Origin: Acidobacteriota bacterium
Lineage (GTDB): Bacteria; Acidobacteriota; Vicinamibacteria; Vicinamibacterales; UBA2999
Assembly: GCA_003222635.1 (NCBI GenBank)
Contig: QHWQ01000021.1
Span: forward strand, 1,737 to 64,950
Direction: 5' to 3'
DNA length: 63,214 nt
In this document: positions 40,316 through 52,282 of the stretch, one piece after another
Layout: the number at the start of each line of letters is the position of its first letter
How positions within the stretch are numbered: the first letter of the stretch is position 1
The notes under the pieces: model-generated
The model's database searches: none
Seen by the model: only the letters and a program-made list of their open reading frames with translations
What the model was told of the DNA's origin: nothing
Translations under genes and position numbers: made by a program

Positions 40316-43121
40316 CGCCGCAGCATACGCGATCACGCTCCTTCTGCTTGCCGCCGCGCCCGCGTGGTCGCAAGCGCCCCAATCATCGTCGGCGAAGCTG
40401 CCGCTCACTCCGGCCATCCACGTGGGCAAGCTGCCCAACGGCATCACCTACTACGTCCGGCAGAACTCGCTTCCCGCCAAACGCGTCTCGCTGCGGATGG
40501 CCGTGAAGGCGGGCTCGATCGACGAGGCCGACGATCAGCGCGGGCTGGCGCACATGCTCGAGCACATGGCGTTCAACGGGACGACGCACTTCAAGCCGGG
40601 CGAGCTGGTGGCCTACTTCGAATCGATCGGCGTCTCGTTCGGCGCGCACGTCAACGCCTATACGAGCTACGACGAGACGGTGTACATGCTCGACGTGCCG
40701 ACCGATCGCGCGGGCGCCCTCGATCACGGCCTGCAGGCGATGGCCGACTTCGCTGGCGGCATGAGTCTCACCGATGCCGAAATCGACAAGGAGCGCGGCG
40801 TCGTCCTCGAGGAGTGGCGTCAGCGCCTCGGCGTGCAGTCGCGCCTGCAGGGCATTACCGACAAAGCCATCTACGGCAACTCGAAGTACGCCGAGCGTCT
40901 GCCGATCGGCACACCCGAATCGATTCAGAAGTTTCCGTATCAGCGCGTGCGCGATTTCTATCGCGCGAATTACACCACCGATCGCATCGGCTTCGTCATC
41001 GTCGGCGACATCGACGCCGCGGCCGCGGAGACGCTCGTGCGCCAGTACTTCGGCGTCCTACCGGCGCGCAAATCGGCGAAGCGTCCGATCTATCCGGTTC
41101 CTCCGCACAACGACACGCGCGTCACGGTCGCCACCGACCCCGAAGCGCAGTCGACGTCCGTGTCGGTTTTCCACACGCGTCCGCTGCGCAAGTCGCTGAC
41201 GGTGGGCGAGTATCGCCGCGATCTGGTCCGCAGCCTGTTCGAGTCGATGCTCAACGCCCGCCTCGCCGAAATCGCCCGTCGCCCTGACGCGCCGTTTCTC
41301 GGTGCCTCCGCGGGCGACGACACCCTCGGGCAGACCGTCGAAGCGTTCGGCGTCTCCGCGCGCGTGAACGAAGGTGGCGTCCCGAAAGGGATCGAGGCGC
41401 TCGAGCAGGAGCTCGCACGCGTGCGGCAGTTTGGCTTCGGCGATGCGGAGCTCGAGCGCGTCAAGAAAGCCACGCTCGCATCGTACGAACGGGCGTACAA
41501 CGAACGTGACAAGTCCGAAAGCCCGGGGCTCGCGTCGGAGCTGGTGTCGTTGTATCTGAACGACGTGCCCGCGCCCGGCATCGCGGTCGAATACGACCTC
41601 GCGAAGCGGTTCGTGCCGACGGTCAACACCACCGAGACTGCCGCGCTGGCCCGTGAGCTCGTCACCGAAAACAATCGCGTCGTCATCGCGGTCGCGCCGG
41701 AGAAGAAAGATGTGACGCCGCCGAGCGAGGCGATGGTGCGCGATGCGCTGCGCACGGGCGCCGCGGCCACGCTGACCGCCTGGAAAGACGAGGCGAAGGG
41801 CAAGGAGCTGCTGCCGGCCAAGCCGACGCCGGGCACGATCGCCTCTCGCCGCGACGTCCCGGAGATCGGCGTCACGGTGCTCACACTGTCGAACGGCGTA
41901 GAGGTGTGGCTGAAGCCGACGGACTTCAAGAACGATCAGATCGTCTTCACCGCGTATGCGAAGGGCGGCACGCTGAACGTGCCGGAGGCCGACTATCGCA
42001 ACGCATCGATGATGACGAGCCTGATCGGGATTTCAGGCGTGGGCGGGTTGTCGCCGGTGGATCTTGGCAAGATGCTGTCAGGGCAGATTGCGAACGCGTC
42101 GCTCTCGATGGGCCCCTACACGCATGGCGCCGGCGGCGGCAGCACGCCGAAGGATCTCGAGACCGCGCTGCAGCTGATGTACCTGTCGTTCACCGCCGCC
42201 AACCACGATCCGGACGCGTTCGAGCTGATGAAGCGTCGGCTGCGCGCGAACCTGGAGAACCAGGCGCAGAGTCCCGGCGCCGTCTACGGCGAACGCGTGC
42301 GTCTGGTCAACACGAACAATCACTACATCTCGCGGTCGATGAAGATCGAGGACGTGGACGCGCTCGACCAGGCGAAGATGGAGGCGTTCTACAAGACGCA
42401 GTTCGCCAACGCCGCCGACTTCACGTTCTTCTTCGTCGGCGCGTTCGACGTGGCGAAGATCGAGCCGCTGCTGGCGACCTACATCGGCTCGCTGCCGTCG
42501 CAGGGCAAGCCGACGTCCACCTACAGTGACGTTCGCCTGACGTTCCCGATGGGCGTGAAGAAGGAGATCGTCAACAAGGGACAGGAGCCGAAGGCGCAGA
42601 CGGTCATTTCCTTCTACGCGGAGTCGAACCTGAACGAGCTCGAGATGCACCGCCTGCGCGCCGCCACCGACATCCTCGAGCGTCACCTGCGCGACCAGCT
42701 GCGCGAGGAGCTTGGCGGCACCTACAGCGTCGGCGTCGATTACTCGAACACGCTGCCGCAGCCCGGCTACGGTACGACGAGCGTCCAGTTCGGCAGCGCG
42801 CCCGATCGCGTGGACAGTCTGGTTGCGACGGTGATGACCGAGCTCGATCGCATGCGCCGCGACGGTCCGAGCGCGGACGATGTGCAGAAGGTGAAGGAGA
42901 CGGAGAAGGAAGGGCTCGAGACCTCCTTCAAGCAGAACGGCTTCTGGCTCGGCGCGCTGCAGACCGCGCAGATGCTTGGCTGGGATCCGGTCAGCATCAT
43001 CCATCGCACCGAGCGCACCGACACGCTCACGGCGGAGAACATCCACGACGCGTTCCGGAAATACTTCCCCGCGGATCGCTACACGCAGCTCACGCTCCTT
43101 CCGGAGAAAGGAACGCAGTAG
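40305..43121 (+). CDS. PqqL-like single-chain M16 zinc peptidase
   Basis: Signal peptide from TTG 40305; [25 protein letters not shown]. Confidence 0.92.
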   Translation: MRRIAAAYAITLLLLAAAPAWSQAPQSSSAKLPLTPAIHVGKLPNGITYYVRQNSLPAKRVSLRMAVKAGSIDEADDQRGLAHMLEHMAFNGTTHFKPGELVAYFESIGVSFGAHVNAYTSYDETVYMLDVPTDRAGALDHGLQAMADFAGGMSLTDAEIDKERGVVLEEWRQRLGVQSRLQGITDKAIYGNSKYAERLPIGTPESIQKFPYQRVRDFYRANYTTDRIGFVIVGDIDAAAAETLVRQYFGVLPARKSAKRPIYPVPPHNDTRVTVATDPEAQSTSVSVFHTRPLRKSLTVGEYRRDLVRSLFESMLNARLAEIARRPDAPFLGASAGDDTLGQTVEAFGVSARVNEGGVPKGIEALEQELARVRQFGFGDAELERVKKATLASYERAYNERDKSESPGLASELVSLYLNDVPAPGIAVEYDLAKRFVPTVNTTETAALARELVTENNRVVIAVAPEKKDVTPPSEAMVRDALRTGAAATLTAWKDEAKGKELLPAKPTPGTIASRRDVPEIGVTVLTLSNGVEVWLKPTDFKNDQIVFTAYAKGGTLNVPEADYRNASMMTSLIGISGVGGLSPVDLGKMLSGQIANASLSMGPYTHGAGGGSTPKDLETALQLMYLSFTAANHDPDAFELMKRRLRANLENQAQSPGAVYGERVRLVNTNNHYISRSMKIEDVDALDQAKMEAFYKTQFANAADFTFFFVGAFDVAKIEPLLATYIGSLPSQGKPTSTYSDVRLTFPMGVKKEIVNKGQEPKAQTVISFYAESNLNELEMHRLRAATDILERHLRDQLREELGGTYSVGVDYSNTLPQPGYGTTSVQFGSAPDRVDSLVATVMTELDRMRRDGPSADDVQKVKETEKEGLETSFKQNGFWLGALQTAQMLGWDPVSIIHRTERTDTLTAENIHDAFRKYFPADRYTQLTLLPEKGTQ

Positions 43122-43141
43122 ATATACTGGGCAGCCTGCCC

Positions 43142-44812
<1,671 letters not shown>

Positions 44813-44853
44813 TGCAGGCCGGGTCTTTCGAACCCGGCAGATGGAGAGCGTCC

Positions 44854-45375
44854 ATGAATGCCGAACAAGCCAAGTTTCTCGCGGAACACTACGCGCGCAT
44901 GATTGAAAACGAGATCCCGACGACGACCAAGGTACTGAACGCCGTCGGACGCGGCAACGGCGATTACAAGCCGGACCCAAAGTCACGCTCCGCGATTGAG
45001 CTTGCACGTCACATCGCGGCGGCCGATGCGTGGTTCTTCCAGTCGGTCCTCGACGGCAGCTTCGTGTTCGATCAGGCCGAGTCGGACAAGGCGGAAGCCA
45101 GGCTCGCGACGGCCGCCGATGCCGCCGCGTTCTACGAGAAGACGATGCGCGAGAAGGTCAGTCAGCTCCGCGCCACGCCGGCGGAGAAGCTGGCGAAGGA
45201 AGTCGACTTCTTCGGCTTCATGAATGCGCCGGCGGTCACCTTCCTCGCGATGGTGCAGAACCACAGCGTGCATCACCGCGGCCAACTCGCGGCGTATCTG
45301 CGCGCGATGGGCTCGGCGGTCCCGTCGATTTACGGCGGCAGCGCTGACGAGCCGTTCCAGGTGGCCACGGCGTAG
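44854..45375 (+). CDS. DinB/YfiT family protein (copy 1)
   Basis: YKPDPKS, LARHI, NHSVHHRGQL..YLR. Confidence 0.88.
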   Translation: MNAEQAKFLAEHYARMIENEIPTTTKVLNAVGRGNGDYKPDPKSRSAIELARHIAAADAWFFQSVLDGSFVFDQAESDKAEARLATAADAAAFYEKTMREKVSQLRATPAEKLAKEVDFFGFMNAPAVTFLAMVQNHSVHHRGQLAAYLRAMGSAVPSIYGGSADEPFQVATA

Positions 45376-45396
45376 ACGCGACAAGGAGAGACACCC

Positions 45397-45912
45397 ATGA
45401 ACGCGGAACAAGCGAAATTTCTCGCCGATCACTACGCGAACCTTATCGAGAAGGAGCTGCCGGCGACGGCGGCGGTGCTCGCGGCCGTCAACGAAGGCGA
45501 TCGCAATTACAAGCCCGATCCGAAATCGCGATCGGCGTTTGACCTTGCCGTCCACATCGCGCGCGCGGACACGTTTCTGATCCCGTCGGCGCTGAAGGGG
45601 AACTTCGACAACGACCCCGAGGCGGGGAAGAGGTGGGCCGCCCAGTTCTCCGACGCGGCGCAGGTCGCGGCTTTCTATCGCAGGGAAGTCTCGGAAACGG
45701 TGCAGCAGGTGCGCGCGGCGGACGCGGGCGTGCTCCTGCGTGACATCAACTTCTTCGGCCTCGTCACCGGGCCGGCGGCGAACATGCTCGTGTTCGCTCA
45801 CGACCACAGCCTGCATCACCGGGGCCAGCTGGCGGCCTACCTGCGTGCCATGGGTTCGAAGGTGCCGAACATCTACGGCCCGAGTGCCGACGCCGAACCC
45901 GCAAGGACGTAG
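45397..45912 (+). CDS. DinB/YfiT family protein (copy 2)
   Basis: AAGGAG RBS; same MNAEQAKFLA start, LAVHI, DHSLHHRGQL. Confidence 0.88.
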   Translation: MNAEQAKFLADHYANLIEKELPATAAVLAAVNEGDRNYKPDPKSRSAFDLAVHIARADTFLIPSALKGNFDNDPEAGKRWAAQFSDAAQVAAFYRREVSETVQQVRAADAGVLLRDINFFGLVTGPAANMLVFAHDHSLHHRGQLAAYLRAMGSKVPNIYGPSADAEPART

Positions 45913-47598
45913 TTGTCCTTTCCCGATCTCCGCTCCTTCATTGATCGCCTCCAGCGTGACAACGACATCGTCACGGTGGAGGCGCCGGTCGATCGGAATC
46001 TCGAAGTCGCTGAAATCCATCGCCGCGTGATCGCCGCCGGCGGTCCCGCGCTGATGTTCACCAATGTCCGGCTAAAGCCGGACGCTACCGCGACTTCTCC
46101 TTTTCGTCTCGTCACGAACTTGTTCGGCACGGCGCGGCGAGCGGAGCTGGCGTTCGGCGAGCGGCCTCTGCGACTGATACGCCGCGTCGTGGAGCTGGCG
46201 GAAACGCTGCTGCCGCCGACGCCGGGCAAGCTGTGGAGCGCGCGCGACGTCGGCAAGGAGCTGCTGAGGGTCGGCACGCGCAACGTGCAGACGGGTCCTG
46301 TCGTCGAGAACGTCACGTTCGATGTGGATCTGAGTCGTCTGCCCGTCATCACCTGCTGGCCGGAGGATGGCGGGCCGTTCATCACGCTGCCGCTCGTCTA
46401 CACGCAGCATCCCGATCGACCATGCCACAACCTTGGCATGTACCGGATGCACGTCTACGACAGCCGCACGACCGGCATGCACTGGCAGATTGGCAAGGGC
46501 GGCGGCTTTCACTACGCCGCGGCCGAAGCGCGCGGCGCGACGCTGCCAGTCACGGTGTTTCTCGGAGGACCTCCGGCGCTGATCCTCTCGGCGATCGCGC
46601 CGCTGCCCGAGAACGTGCCGGAGCTGATGCTCGCCTCGCTCATCGCGGGCGAGCGACTGCCGCAGGTGCAGGGTTACGGACCGCATCCGTTGATGGCGAA
46701 CGCGGAGTTCGCGCTGATGGGCGAGGTGCCGCCGCGGGTGCGAAAGCCGGAGGGGCCCTTCGGCGATCACTACGGCTACTACTCGCTGCAGCACGATTAC
46801 CCGGTATTCGAGGTGCGCCGGGTTGCGCATCGAAACGACGCAATCTATCCGGCGACCGTCGTCGGCAAGCCCCGGCAGGAAGACTTCTACATCGGCGATC
46901 TGCTGCAGGAGCTGCTGTCGCCGCTGTTTCCGCTGGTGATGCCGGCCGTCGAGCGTCTCTGGTCGTACGGCGAGACCGGTTATCACTCGCTGGCGGCGGC
47001 GGTCGTCAAGCAGCGCTACGGCCGCGAGGCGATGGCGAGCGCGTTCCGCATCCTCGGCGAAGGGCAGCTCTCGCTGACGAAGTTCCTGCTGCTGACCGAT
47101 CGCCGCGTCGATCTGCGCAACTTCAAGGCGACGCTCGAGCATCTGCTCGCGCGGACGCATCCGGAAACCGATCTCTACGTGTTCTCGAATCTGTCGATGG
47201 ACACGCTCGACTACACGGGTCCGGCCGTGAATCAGGGATCCAAAGGCGTGTGGCTGGGGCTCGGCGATGCCGTGCGCGAGCTGCCGCGTGCATTCACGGC
47301 CGCCGAGCTGCGTGGTGTCACGGATGTGCGTGTCTTCTGCGCCGGCTGTCTCGTCGTCGGCGTCCCCTCGCGCGCGTCGGATCCTGACGCGCCCGCGCGC
47401 ATTGCCGGCGACGCCGCGTTCCGCGAGTGGCCGTTGATCGTGCTGACCGAAGAACCGATGCGCGCCGCCGCGAGCTCGATGAACTTCCTGTGGACGACCT
47501 TCACGGCGACCGCGCGCACCGTGACCCAGCGATGGAAGGAGTATTTCCCGGACCGCAACGTGGAGATGGGCGATTCGATCAAGGCCAGCCTCGATTGA
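45913..47598 (+). CDS. UbiD family prFMN-dependent decarboxylase (C-terminal block missing near 47505)
   Basis: WPEDGGPFITLP, NLGMYRM, EGPFGDHYGYY, GKPRQED, DTLDY. Confidence 0.9.
   Translation: MSFPDLRSFIDRLQRDNDIVTVEAPVDRNLEVAEIHRRVIAAGGPALMFTNVRLKPDATATSPFRLVTNLFGTARRAELAFGERPLRLIRRVVELAETLLPPTPGKLWSARDVGKELLRVGTRNVQTGPVVENVTFDVDLSRLPVITCWPEDGGPFITLPLVYTQHPDRPCHNLGMYRMHVYDSRTTGMHWQIGKGGGFHYAAAEARGATLPVTVFLGGPPALILSAIAPLPENVPELMLASLIAGERLPQVQGYGPHPLMANAEFALMGEVPPRVRKPEGPFGDHYGYYSLQHDYPVFEVRRVAHRNDAIYPATVVGKPRQEDFYIGDLLQELLSPLFPLVMPAVERLWSYGETGYHSLAAAVVKQRYGREAMASAFRILGEGQLSLTKFLLLTDRRVDLRNFKATLEHLLARTHPETDLYVFSNLSMDTLDYTGPAVNQGSKGVWLGLGDAVRELPRAFTAAELRGVTDVRVFCAGCLVVGVPSRASDPDAPARIAGDAAFREWPLIVLTEEPMRAAASSMNFLWTTFTATARTVTQRWKEYFPDRNVEMGDSIKASLD
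46066..46088 (-). repeat. Single REP copy in frame within the ubiD-family gene
   Basis: GTAGC-GTCCGGCTTTAGCCGGAC on the minus strand; encodes VRLKPDAT between LMFTN and SPFRLVTNLFG. Confidence 0.88.
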
Positions 47599-47632
47599 GA
47601 TCGTGGCATGTTACGCTGGCCGTTGAGACCTC

Positions 47633-48061
47633 ATGTCGTCGACGCGTCGGGATTACCCGAACCTGTTGGGCGTGTTCTTCGCAGCCCGGCCTGATGGGGT
47701 GCTGTCCGCGTACCTCTTCGGCAGTCACGCCAACGACCGAGCCCACCGCGAGAGCGACATCGACATCGCGGTGCTGCTCGATCGGCGCGCGTTGGCGTCG
47801 AAACGCGAGCGGTTCGAGGCACGATTGAAGCTGACCAGCCCGCTTGCCGCTGCCCTTGGGACCGGTGCGATCGACATTGTTGTCCTGAATGACGCCCCTC
47901 CTCACCTGACTCGCCGGATCATGACCGAGGGCATACGCGTCTTCTGCGTCGATATGGAAGCCGATCACGCGGCTCGACGGATGGCGTTGCTGCGTGCCGC
48001 CGATCTCGAGCCGTTCCTGCGACGCGCGCGTGCGGTCAAGCTGCGCGCGATCGCGCGATGA
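47633..48061 (+). CDS. mntA: MNT (minimal nucleotidyltransferase) antitoxin
   Basis: LFGSHANDRAHRESDID = GS-X10-DXD. Confidence 0.85.
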   Translation: MSSTRRDYPNLLGVFFAARPDGVLSAYLFGSHANDRAHRESDIDIAVLLDRRALASKRERFEARLKLTSPLAAALGTGAIDIVVLNDAPPHLTRRIMTEGIRVFCVDMEADHAARRMALLRAADLEPFLRRARAVKLRAIAR

Positions 48062-48465
48062 CGTATCTCGTCGAGCGGCTCGCGGAACGTCGGCGGCACC
48101 TGGATCATCTCCGCGACCTCAGGCCCCGTGTGACCGGCCGTCAGGCGCTCGAGCAGGACCTCTCGTTGCACAACGACGTGCTCTTCTCGCTGCTGATGGT
48201 GGCGCAGCTGGTGATTGATATCGCAGGAGAGCTCTCAGCGCGTCGCGGCGACCGGTTCGAGGATTACACGGATGCCGTCCGGAATCTCGGGCGAGACCGG
48301 AACTTCCCGGCTGATCTCGTCGCCGAGCTCGAAGGGTTACCGGGAGTCCGGAACATCCTGATTCACGAGTACGTGGCTCTCGATCTGGACCGCGTGATTG
48401 AGGCTCTCGATCGGCTTGCTCCGATCGAGAGGTTCTTCGAGATTGTCCGACGCGGCGAAAGCTGA
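48058..48465 (+). CDS. hepT: HEPN (DUF86) ribonuclease toxin
   Basis: RNILIHEY = R-X4-H-X-Y; ATGA overlap with the antitoxin. Confidence 0.85.
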   Translation: MTYLVERLAERRRHLDHLRDLRPRVTGRQALEQDLSLHNDVLFSLLMVAQLVIDIAGELSARRGDRFEDYTDAVRNLGRDRNFPADLVAELEGLPGVRNILIHEYVALDLDRVIEALDRLAPIERFFEIVRRGES

Positions 48466-48478
48466 TTCAGCGTCCGTC

Positions 48479-48565
48479 ATGGTGAAGGATCAATCCGACT
48501 CAGGCAGCTTGAACGTCGTCCTGAACTGGCAGGATGAGTTGAACCGACTCGTGCCGGCCAGGTAA
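48479..48565 (+). pseudogene. Remnant C-terminus of a Ser/Thr kinase-TolB/PD40-type protein
   Basis: Translates MVKDQSDSGSLNVVLNWQDELNRLVPAR*, matching the recalled ..NVVLNW..EL.RLVP terminus of acidobacterial kinase-propeller proteins. Confidence 0.55.
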
Positions 48566-48602
48566 GGGGCAAGTCACTGACGCGCGGGAACCTCGATAGA
48601 AC

Positions 48603-48757
48603 GGCAGTTCGCCCTTCCTCTTCTCTGTTCTTGGTTCGTGTTCAGGGTCGGTTCCGGCGGTTGCTGCGCAACCGCCGAACAGCGAACCTTCTACGTGGAA
48701 CCCGGCACCGAACATGAACACGAACCGAGAAGAGGGAACGCGTAAGGGCGAACAGCC
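48603..48757. repeat. ~155-nt imperfect inverted repeat between convergent genes (possible bidirectional terminator)
   Basis: GTTCGCCCTT/AAGGGCGAAC and TTCTTGGTTCGTGTTCA/TGAACACGAACCGAGAA arms; inner stem CGGCGGTTGC/GCAACCGCCG. Confidence 0.75.
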
Positions 48758-48766
48758 TCCGCGGCG

Positions 48767-49201
48767 CTAATTGAGCGCGTTGGGCACCGCGAGCGTGAAG
48801 GGTGAGATGATCGCATCGAAGCGATCGCCGTTGGTCGTCACCATCTGGTAGCTGCCGTGCATCGCTCCGACGGAGGTTTTCAGCGGGCAGAAGCTGCGGT
48901 ACTCGAACGAGGATCCTGGCGTGAGGATGGGCTGCTCGCCGACGACCCCGGGCCCCTTCACGCGCTCGACCTCGCCGTCGGCGTTGGTGATGATCCACTC
49001 GCGCGAGATGAGCTGCGCGGTCTCGGTGCCGACGTTGCTGATGCGAACGTGATATTCAAAGAGGTACTGGCTTTCCTTGGCCGAGCTCCGCTCGGGCATG
49101 TAGAGGCTCTGCACCTCGATGCGGATGCCGCGCGTCGTAGTATCGCTGGTGCGGACGCCGCGGGAGGTGGGGGGTTGTTCGGCCTGAAAGGTATCGCTCA
49201 C
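48767..49201 (-). CDS. apaG: ApaG protein
   Basis: QLISREWIIT, GPGVVGEQP, GAMHGSYQM; start approximate (GTG 49201). Confidence 0.92.
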   Translation of the reverse strand: MSDTFQAEQPPTSRGVRTSDTTTRGIRIEVQSLYMPERSSAKESQYLFEYHVRISNVGTETAQLISREWIITNADGEVERVKGPGVVGEQPILTPGSSFEYRSFCPLKTSVGAMHGSYQMVTTNGDRFDAIISPFTLAVPNALN

Positions 49202-49218
49202 GGGTTTCTGATTATTAC

Positions 49219-51135
49219 ATGGCAGCAAACTTAGGCTTGAGGCAGCCGACCGGCGAACGGTCGGGCAGACGGCTCGTCGGGCCGGTGCCGGCAGAGGCCG
49301 ACAGGAAGAAAAAGATCACGGCGTCGGACGCGTGGCGCGAGGCGCGCGAGCTGCTGTGGGTGCACAGGAAGCGGCTCACGCTCGGCCTGTGCTTGATGCT
49401 GATCAGCCGTCTCGCGGGGCTCGTCCTGCCCGCGAGCTCCAAGTGGCTGATCGACGAAGTGGTCGGCAAGCACCGCACCGAGCTGCTGCTGCCGATCGCG
49501 CTCGCGGCCGGCGCCGCCACGATCGTGCAGGCGGTCACCTCCTTCGCGCTTTCACAGATTCTCGGCGTCGCCGCGCAGCGCGCCATCACCGACATGCGCA
49601 AGCGCGTGCAGGCGCACGTGATGCACCTGCCCGTCCGCTACTTCGACTCGACGCAGACCGGCATCTTGATCTCGCGCATCATGAGCGACGCGGAGGGGAT
49701 CAGAAATCTTGTCGGCACCGGCCTCGTGCAGCTTGTCGGCGGCATCGTCACGGCGGTCCTCGGCCTCGGCGTCCTTTTCTACCTGAACTGGTGGCTGACG
49801 GTCATCACGCTCGTGGTGCTCGGCGCGTTCGCCGGCGGCATGGCCTACGCGTTCAAGACGCTGCGGCCGCTCTTCCGCGAGCGCGGCAAGATCAACGCGG
49901 AGGTCACGGGCCGGCTCACCGAGGCGCTCGGCGGCATTCGCGTGGTGAAGTCGTACACGGCGGAGAAGCGCGAAGAGATCGTCTTCACGAAAGGCGCGCA
50001 TCGCCTGTTCCGCAACGTCGCGCAGTCGATGACCGGCGTGTCGGCGACCACTGCCGGCAGCACGGTGATTGTCGGCATCATCGGCATCCTGATGATCTGG
50101 CTCGGCGGCCGCGCCATCATCGCCGGGCAGATGACGCTCGGCGATCTGATGATGTACATCTTCTTCATCGGCCTGGTGGCCGCGCCGCTCGTCTCCATCG
50201 CCTCCATCGGCACGCAGATCACCGAAGCGTTTGCCGGCCTCGATCGCATCCGCGAAATCCTCAACATCACGACCGAGCTCGACGAGGACCGCGAGAAGCA
50301 GTCCGTCGAGCGTCTGCGCGGCGATGTCGTCTTCGACAAGGTCTGGTTCGAGTACAACCCTGGCCAGCCGGTGCTCAAGGGCGTCTCGTTTCATGCCGCG
50401 CCCGGCACGACGACCGCGCTGGTGGGATCGAGCGGCTCGGGGAAGAGCACGCTCATCAGCATCGTGATGGCGTTCAACCGGCCCAAGCAGGGACGCGTCC
50501 TCATCGATGGCGTCGATCTCGCCGTTCTCCGGCTGCTCGACTACCGGCATCAGCTCGCATCGGTGCTGCAGGAGAATTTCCTGTTCGACGGCACCATTGC
50601 GGAGAACGTCGGATACGCCAACCCGTCAGCGACACGCGACGCGATCAAGGAAGCCTGCCGCATCGCGCATTGCGACGAGTTCATCAACCAGTTTCCGCAG
50701 GGCTACGACACGGTGGTGGGCGAGCGCGGCATCAAGCTGTCTGGCGGCCAGCGGCAGCGCGTCTCGATCGCGCGCGCGATTCTGGCCGACCCGCGCATCC
50801 TCATCCTCGACGAGGCGACGTCGAGCCTCGACAGCGAGAGCGAGCAGATGATTCAGGATGGTCTTCGTCGTCTCAGGTCAGGCCGCACGACGTTCGTCAT
50901 CGCGCATCGTCTCTCGACCATCCGCAGCGCCGATCAGATTCTCGTGCTCGAGGCGGGCGAGATCGTCGAGCGCGGCACGCACTCGGAACTGCTCGAGCTC
51001 AACGGACGCTACCGGCAGCTCTACGACAAGCAGTACAAGTTCGAGACCGACCGCTTTATCAACCCGGGCGAGGACTTCACGCCGGAGCCGGAAAAACCGA
51101 AGGTTCCCGCCCCCCGAGTTTCCAATGCAATTTGA
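49219..51135 (+). CDS. MsbA-like fused ABC exporter
   Basis: Six-TM domain plus [30 protein letters not shown]. Confidence 0.93.
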   Translation: MAANLGLRQPTGERSGRRLVGPVPAEADRKKKITASDAWREARELLWVHRKRLTLGLCLMLISRLAGLVLPASSKWLIDEVVGKHRTELLLPIALAAGAATIVQAVTSFALSQILGVAAQRAITDMRKRVQAHVMHLPVRYFDSTQTGILISRIMSDAEGIRNLVGTGLVQLVGGIVTAVLGLGVLFYLNWWLTVITLVVLGAFAGGMAYAFKTLRPLFRERGKINAEVTGRLTEALGGIRVVKSYTAEKREEIVFTKGAHRLFRNVAQSMTGVSATTAGSTVIVGIIGILMIWLGGRAIIAGQMTLGDLMMYIFFIGLVAAPLVSIASIGTQITEAFAGLDRIREILNITTELDEDREKQSVERLRGDVVFDKVWFEYNPGQPVLKGVSFHAAPGTTTALVGSSGSGKSTLISIVMAFNRPKQGRVLIDGVDLAVLRLLDYRHQLASVLQENFLFDGTIAENVGYANPSATRDAIKEACRIAHCDEFINQFPQGYDTVVGERGIKLSGGQRQRVSIARAILADPRILILDEATSSLDSESEQMIQDGLRRLRSGRTTFVIAHRLSTIRSADQILVLEAGEIVERGTHSELLELNGRYRQLYDKQYKFETDRFINPGEDFTPEPEKPKVPAPRVSNAI

Positions 51136-51206
51136 ACCGCGAAGAACACGAAGGACGCGAAGAACAATATTTCTTTTCCTTCGCGATCTTCGCGTTCTTC
51201 GTGGTT
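51135..51206. repeat. Inverted nonamer array (CGCGAAGAA-type) forming an intergenic hairpin
   Basis: AACCGCGAAGAACACGAAGGACGCGAAG ... CTTCGCGATCTTCGCGTTCTTCGTGGTT. Confidence 0.8.
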
Positions 51207-51214
51207 AAGAACTC

Positions 51215-52009
51215 ATGGCACATGAAGTCGATTACAAGATCCTCGGCGACGACATGCAGTTCGTCGAGGTGGAGCTCGATCCCGGCGAGAGCGCCGTCGC
51301 CGAAGCAGGCGCGATGATGTACATGACGAGCGCCATCGCGATGGAGACGATCTTCGGCGATGGCAGCGGCCAGGGCGGCGGCGGCATCATGGGCGCGCTG
51401 CTTGGCGCGGGCAAACGCCTGCTCATCGGCGAAAGCCTCTTCATGACCGTCTTCACCAACCAGGGCAACAGCAAGCAGCACGTCGCCTTCGCCGCGCCGT
51501 ATCCGGGAAAGATCCTCGCCATGGACCTGAAGGAGCTGGGCGGCACGCTCATCTGCCAGAAGGATTCGTTCCTCTGCGCGGCGCGCGGCGTATCGATTGG
51601 CATCGCGTTTCAACGGCGGCTCGGTGTGGGGCTGTTCGGCGGCGAAGGGTTCATCATGGAGCGCCTCGAGGGTGACGGTCTCTGCTTCGTCCATGCCGGC
51701 GGCATGCTGCACTCGTTCGATCTCCTCGCCGGCCAGACGCTTCGCGTCGATACCGGCTGCATCGTCGCGCTGCAGCCGTCGGTGAACTACGACATCCAGC
51801 TCGTTGGCGGAATCAAGACGGCGCTCTTCGGCGGCGAGGGGTTGTTCTTCGCCACGTTGACCGGACCAGGACGCGTGTGGCTGCAGTCGCTGCCGCTCAG
51901 CAGGCTTGCGGGACGCATCTACAAGGCAATTCCCAGCGTCGGCGGCAGCCGGCGCGAGGAGGGATCGATTCTCGGCGGCATCGGCGATTTGCTCGATGGA
52001 GATTCGTAA
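51215..52009 (+). CDS. AIM24/TIGR00266 family protein
   Basis: AEAGAM, GESLF, FGGEG twice, GPGRVWLQSLP. Confidence 0.9.
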   Translation: MAHEVDYKILGDDMQFVEVELDPGESAVAEAGAMMYMTSAIAMETIFGDGSGQGGGGIMGALLGAGKRLLIGESLFMTVFTNQGNSKQHVAFAAPYPGKILAMDLKELGGTLICQKDSFLCAARGVSIGIAFQRRLGVGLFGGEGFIMERLEGDGLCFVHAGGMLHSFDLLAGQTLRVDTGCIVALQPSVNYDIQLVGGIKTALFGGEGLFFATLTGPGRVWLQSLPLSRLAGRIYKAIPSVGGSRREEGSILGGIGDLLDGDS

Positions 52010-52273
52010 ATGACAGAACAGAGTTACGAGAGCCATGCGCATCGGCCGACGTTGACGGCGGCCGCCGGGGTGTTCACGTTCACGGCGATCGTCGTGTTTG
52101 CGATGGTCGCGATCCGGCAGCGGTCGCTGCTCTCCAAGCAGATCACTGCGCTGCGATTTGCGTCGGATGCCGAGCTGCCGGCGCTGCTGGACAAGACGCT
52201 TGCCGAGAACCTCCAGCCGGATCAGATCAAGCGCGCCATCACGAACTGGCAGCCGGACCTCCATCGGACATAA
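52010..52273 (+). CDS. DUF6526-like protein (appears internally deleted near 52130)
   Basis: QSYESH N-terminus and ALRFASDAELP...IKRAI.NW..D C-terminus; the expected central QDRIIRLE-type segment is absent. Confidence 0.7.
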   Translation: MTEQSYESHAHRPTLTAAAGVFTFTAIVVFAMVAIRQRSLLSKQITALRFASDAELPALLDKTLAENLQPDQIKRAITNWQPDLHRT

Positions 52274-52282
52274 GCTCGCGAG

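Noticed and set aside
48481-48618. Candidate 6S RNA or tmRNA (small hairpin; minus-strand peptide ending DDVQAA*)
   Set aside because: No tRNA-like ends or extended 6S-like pairing; better explained as a coding remnant on the plus strand.
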